Below, one piece after another: positions 61,251 to 64,000 of a stretch of DNA of 64,000 nt. Both the position numbers and the translations under genes were made by a program. Origin of the DNA: Gammaproteobacteria bacterium (GTDB lineage: Bacteria; Pseudomonadota; Gammaproteobacteria; SZUA-229); contig JAPHSS010000026.1 in NCBI GenBank assembly GCA_026195255.1, positions 15,403-79,402 on the forward strand, given 5' to 3'. Each line of letters starts with the position of its first letter. The stretch's first letter is position 1. The notes under the pieces were generated by a model. It worked only from the letters and a program-made list of their open reading frames with translations. It did no database searches and was not told the origin of the DNA.

Positions 61251-61585
61251 AGGCCAGTATGAATGATGAGTCAAAAGTAGCAAACAGCACTTTTAAGTGG
61301 CAGCAATTTACTAAAGTCTAAGAAAACCAGTGTCAAAAACACTAAGAGGGGTAATGAGTTCCTGAGCTGTGTTAATTGAGGGGTAAAATTGAAACTGGAA
61401 GCCCCGATACCCATAGATAAAGTGGCGTGACCTGAGTATTAATCTAGGTTAAACTACGCGGCTTGCATATTCTTAAGTACAGATAAAAGTATATGATTTA
61501 TAAGGTTTTTCAAGGTTATACTGTTAAATTCGGTAACCCTGGGAGGCCAATAATATAACAATTAATAATTTTGGAGACATTTAAG

Positions 61586-63283
61586 GTGGAATTGACCGGT
61601 GCTGAAATTGTTGTTCAAAGCCTTATAGAAGAGGGTGTTGAGCATCTGTTTGGTTACCCTGGTGGTGCTGTTTTGCATATTTATGATGCAATTCACCAGC
61701 AGGAACAACTACAGCATATACTCGTTCGTCATGAGCAAGCGGCAACGCATGCGGCGGATGGTTATGCCCGTAGTACAGGCAAACCCGGCGTCGTCCTGGT
61801 TACCTCCGGCCCCGGTGCTACCAATGCGGTAACCGGTATTGCGACAGCTTATATGGATTCGATTCCCATGGTTGTTCTGACAGGCCAGGTGCCTCGCCCC
61901 TTAATTGGTAATGATGCTTTTCAGGAAGTTGATTCTGTAGGTATTACTCGCCCTGTCGTTAAACATAACTTCCTTGTTGAAGATGTTAAAGATCTGGCGA
62001 CAATCATTAAAAAAGCATTTTATGTGGCAACTACCGGTCGCCCTGGTCCTGTTGTGGTGGATATACCAAAAGATATTACGGCGCATAAAACAGAATTTTC
62101 TTATCCACGCGATATCAAAATTCGCTCATATCATCCAACAACAAAAGGCCATTCAGGGCAGATTAAAAAGGCATATGAGTTAATTCTTGAAGCTAAGAAG
62201 CCCATGATATACACCGGTGGCGGAGTTATTTTAAGTAATGCCAGTGAAGAATTAATTAAGTTCACCAAATTACTGGGTGCGCCAATAACCAATACGCTAA
62301 TGGGCTTAGGGGCATACCCTGCAAATGATAAACAGTTTGTGGGTATGCTGGGTATGCACGGTACCTATGAAGCCAATATGGCGATGCATAACTCTGATGT
62401 GCTGATAGCAATCGGTGCACGATTTGATGACCGTGTAACCGGTAACCTTGAAAAGTTTTGCCCGGATGCGCGAATAGTACATGTGGATATTGACCCGGCG
62501 TCTATTTCAAAAAATGTAACTGTTGATGTGCCTATTGTAGGTGATGTTAAAGGCGTTGTTATTGAGCTTAATAAATTAATAGAAGCGTCTGATCAGCGAC
62601 TAGAGGCTGCCGCATTATCAACATGGTGGCAGCAAATAGAAGAATGGCGTGCTCAGGACTGTTTAAAATTCAATCGTGATACAGGCACAATCAAACCTCA
62701 GTTTGTTGTTGAGCAATTACATGCAGTAACTGAAGGTAATGCCTTTGTGACATCAGATGTGGGGCAGCACCAAATGTTTGCCGCACAATATTATGGTTTT
62801 AATAAACCCCGCCGCTGGATTAATTCTGGTGGCCTGGGCACTATGGGTTTTGGGTTGCCAGCAGCAATTGGTGTGCAAATTGCGCACCCGGGTGAGCAGG
62901 TTGCCTGCATAACAGGTGAAGGCAGTATACAAATGTGTATTCAGGAGTTATCAACCTGTTTGCAATACAGTACGCCTGTTAAAATCATCAACCTGAATAA
63001 CGGTTTTCTGGGTATGGTTCGCCAGTGGCAAGAATTCTTTTATGATCGTCGCTACGCGAGTTCTTATGTTGATGCATTGCCTGACTTTGTTGCGCTTGCT
63101 GAAGCATATGGCCACATTGGTATCCGAATTGAAAAACCGGAAGATGTGCGTCAGGCCATTGAAGATGCTTTTGGTAAATATAAAGATCGTACGGTATTTC
63201 TCGATTTCATTATAGATAAAGAAGAAAACGTATACCCCATGATTCCTGCAGGTGCAGGTTTAAATGAAATGATCCTGGTTTAA
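61586..63283 (+). CDS. ilvB: Acetolactate synthase large subunit
   Basis: FGYPGG, RHEQ, TSGPGATN, SDVGQHQM and GEGS..NN TPP motif; GTG start after GGAG. Confidence 0.95.
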   Translation: MELTGAEIVVQSLIEEGVEHLFGYPGGAVLHIYDAIHQQEQLQHILVRHEQAATHAADGYARSTGKPGVVLVTSGPGATNAVTGIATAYMDSIPMVVLTGQVPRPLIGNDAFQEVDSVGITRPVVKHNFLVEDVKDLATIIKKAFYVATTGRPGPVVVDIPKDITAHKTEFSYPRDIKIRSYHPTTKGHSGQIKKAYELILEAKKPMIYTGGGVILSNASEELIKFTKLLGAPITNTLMGLGAYPANDKQFVGMLGMHGTYEANMAMHNSDVLIAIGARFDDRVTGNLEKFCPDARIVHVDIDPASISKNVTVDVPIVGDVKGVVIELNKLIEASDQRLEAAALSTWWQQIEEWRAQDCLKFNRDTGTIKPQFVVEQLHAVTEGNAFVTSDVGQHQMFAAQYYGFNKPRRWINSGGLGTMGFGLPAAIGVQIAHPGEQVACITGEGSIQMCIQELSTCLQYSTPVKIINLNNGFLGMVRQWQEFFYDRRYASSYVDALPDFVALAEAYGHIGIRIEKPEDVRQAIEDAFGKYKDRTVFLDFIIDKEENVYPMIPAGAGLNEMILV

Positions 63284-63295
63284 CTGGGCTAAGTT

Positions 63296-63790
63296 ATGAA
63301 TAAACATATAATATCTTTATTATTAGAAAATGAGTCCGGTGCATTATCACGTGTAGCCGGTTTGTTTTCAGCACGTGCTTACAATATTGAGTCATTATCT
63401 GTAGCGCCTACAGATGACGCTACTTTATCTCGAATGACAATTGTTACTTCAGGTACAGATCAAATTGTTGAGCAAATACAAAAACAGCTTAATAAGTTAG
63501 TTGATGTAGTAAAACTGGTTGATTTAACCGAATCAGAACATATTGCGCGAGAACTAATGTTAGCAAAAGTAGAAGCTATTGGTGATGCGCGTGATGAAGT
63601 CAAGCGTCTGGTCGATATCTTTAACGGCAAGGTCGTTGATGTAACAGATACGACATATACAGTAGAAATTACGGATACACGTGAAAAGCTAGATTCTTTT
63701 ATAACGTCATTATCCAGTATAAAAATTCACGAAGTGGTGCGCTCAGGCGCAATTGGCATTTCCAGTGGCGAAAATATACTCGCCGTTTAA
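63296..63790 (+). CDS. ilvN: Acetolactate synthase small regulatory subunit
   Basis: ENESGALSRV, YNIESLSV and KQLNKLVDV ACT domain. Confidence 0.95.
   Translation: MNKHIISLLLENESGALSRVAGLFSARAYNIESLSVAPTDDATLSRMTIVTSGTDQIVEQIQKQLNKLVDVVKLVDLTESEHIARELMLAKVEAIGDARDEVKRLVDIFNGKVVDVTDTTYTVEITDTREKLDSFITSLSSIKIHEVVRSGAIGISSGENILAV

Positions 63791-64000
<210 letters not shown>

Noticed and set aside
61250..61585. ilv attenuator or leader peptide
   Set aside because: No Ile/Leu/Val-rich leader ORF with a terminator hairpin found

Overview
Chromosomal window from an AT-rich, probably sulfur-oxidising gammaproteobacterium; the organism call is inferred from gene content (soxXYZA, DsrE-family sulfurtransferase, rhodanese). 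Most of it is conserved housekeeping synteny: leuS-lptE-holA; proA-nadD-rsfS-rlmH-maf-rng-yhdP-nitrilase; aspS-nadA; ruvCAB-ybgC-tolQRAB-pal-cpoB-queE-queC-tRNA-Lys; ilvB-ilvN-ilvC. The best candidate for an undescribed system is an AT-rich accessory block of about 15 kb (27.4-42.3 kb) between nadA and ruvC. It holds a Pil-Chp-like chemosensory cluster: 2 receiver proteins, 3 CheW-like proteins, an MCP, a CheA-REC hybrid with a 171-bp internal repeat, a NarL-type regulator, and no CheR/CheB. This cluster is joined to a sulfation module: APS kinase CysC, a CHR-family oxyanion transporter, a PAPS-dependent sulfotransferase and an orphan PhnD-like binding protein. Related TAGG-N7/8-CCYW boxes precede both halves, suggesting co-regulation. 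Other signals: two copies of a covarying palindromic element of 140-170 bp, a REP doublet, a heptamer tandem repeat with an inverted partner, a tRNA-Lys-like fragment fused to hairpins, and a shared ATTAG-N6-CTAAT palindrome upstream of sulfur genes. All family assignments come from motifs recognised by eye; no database searches were run.
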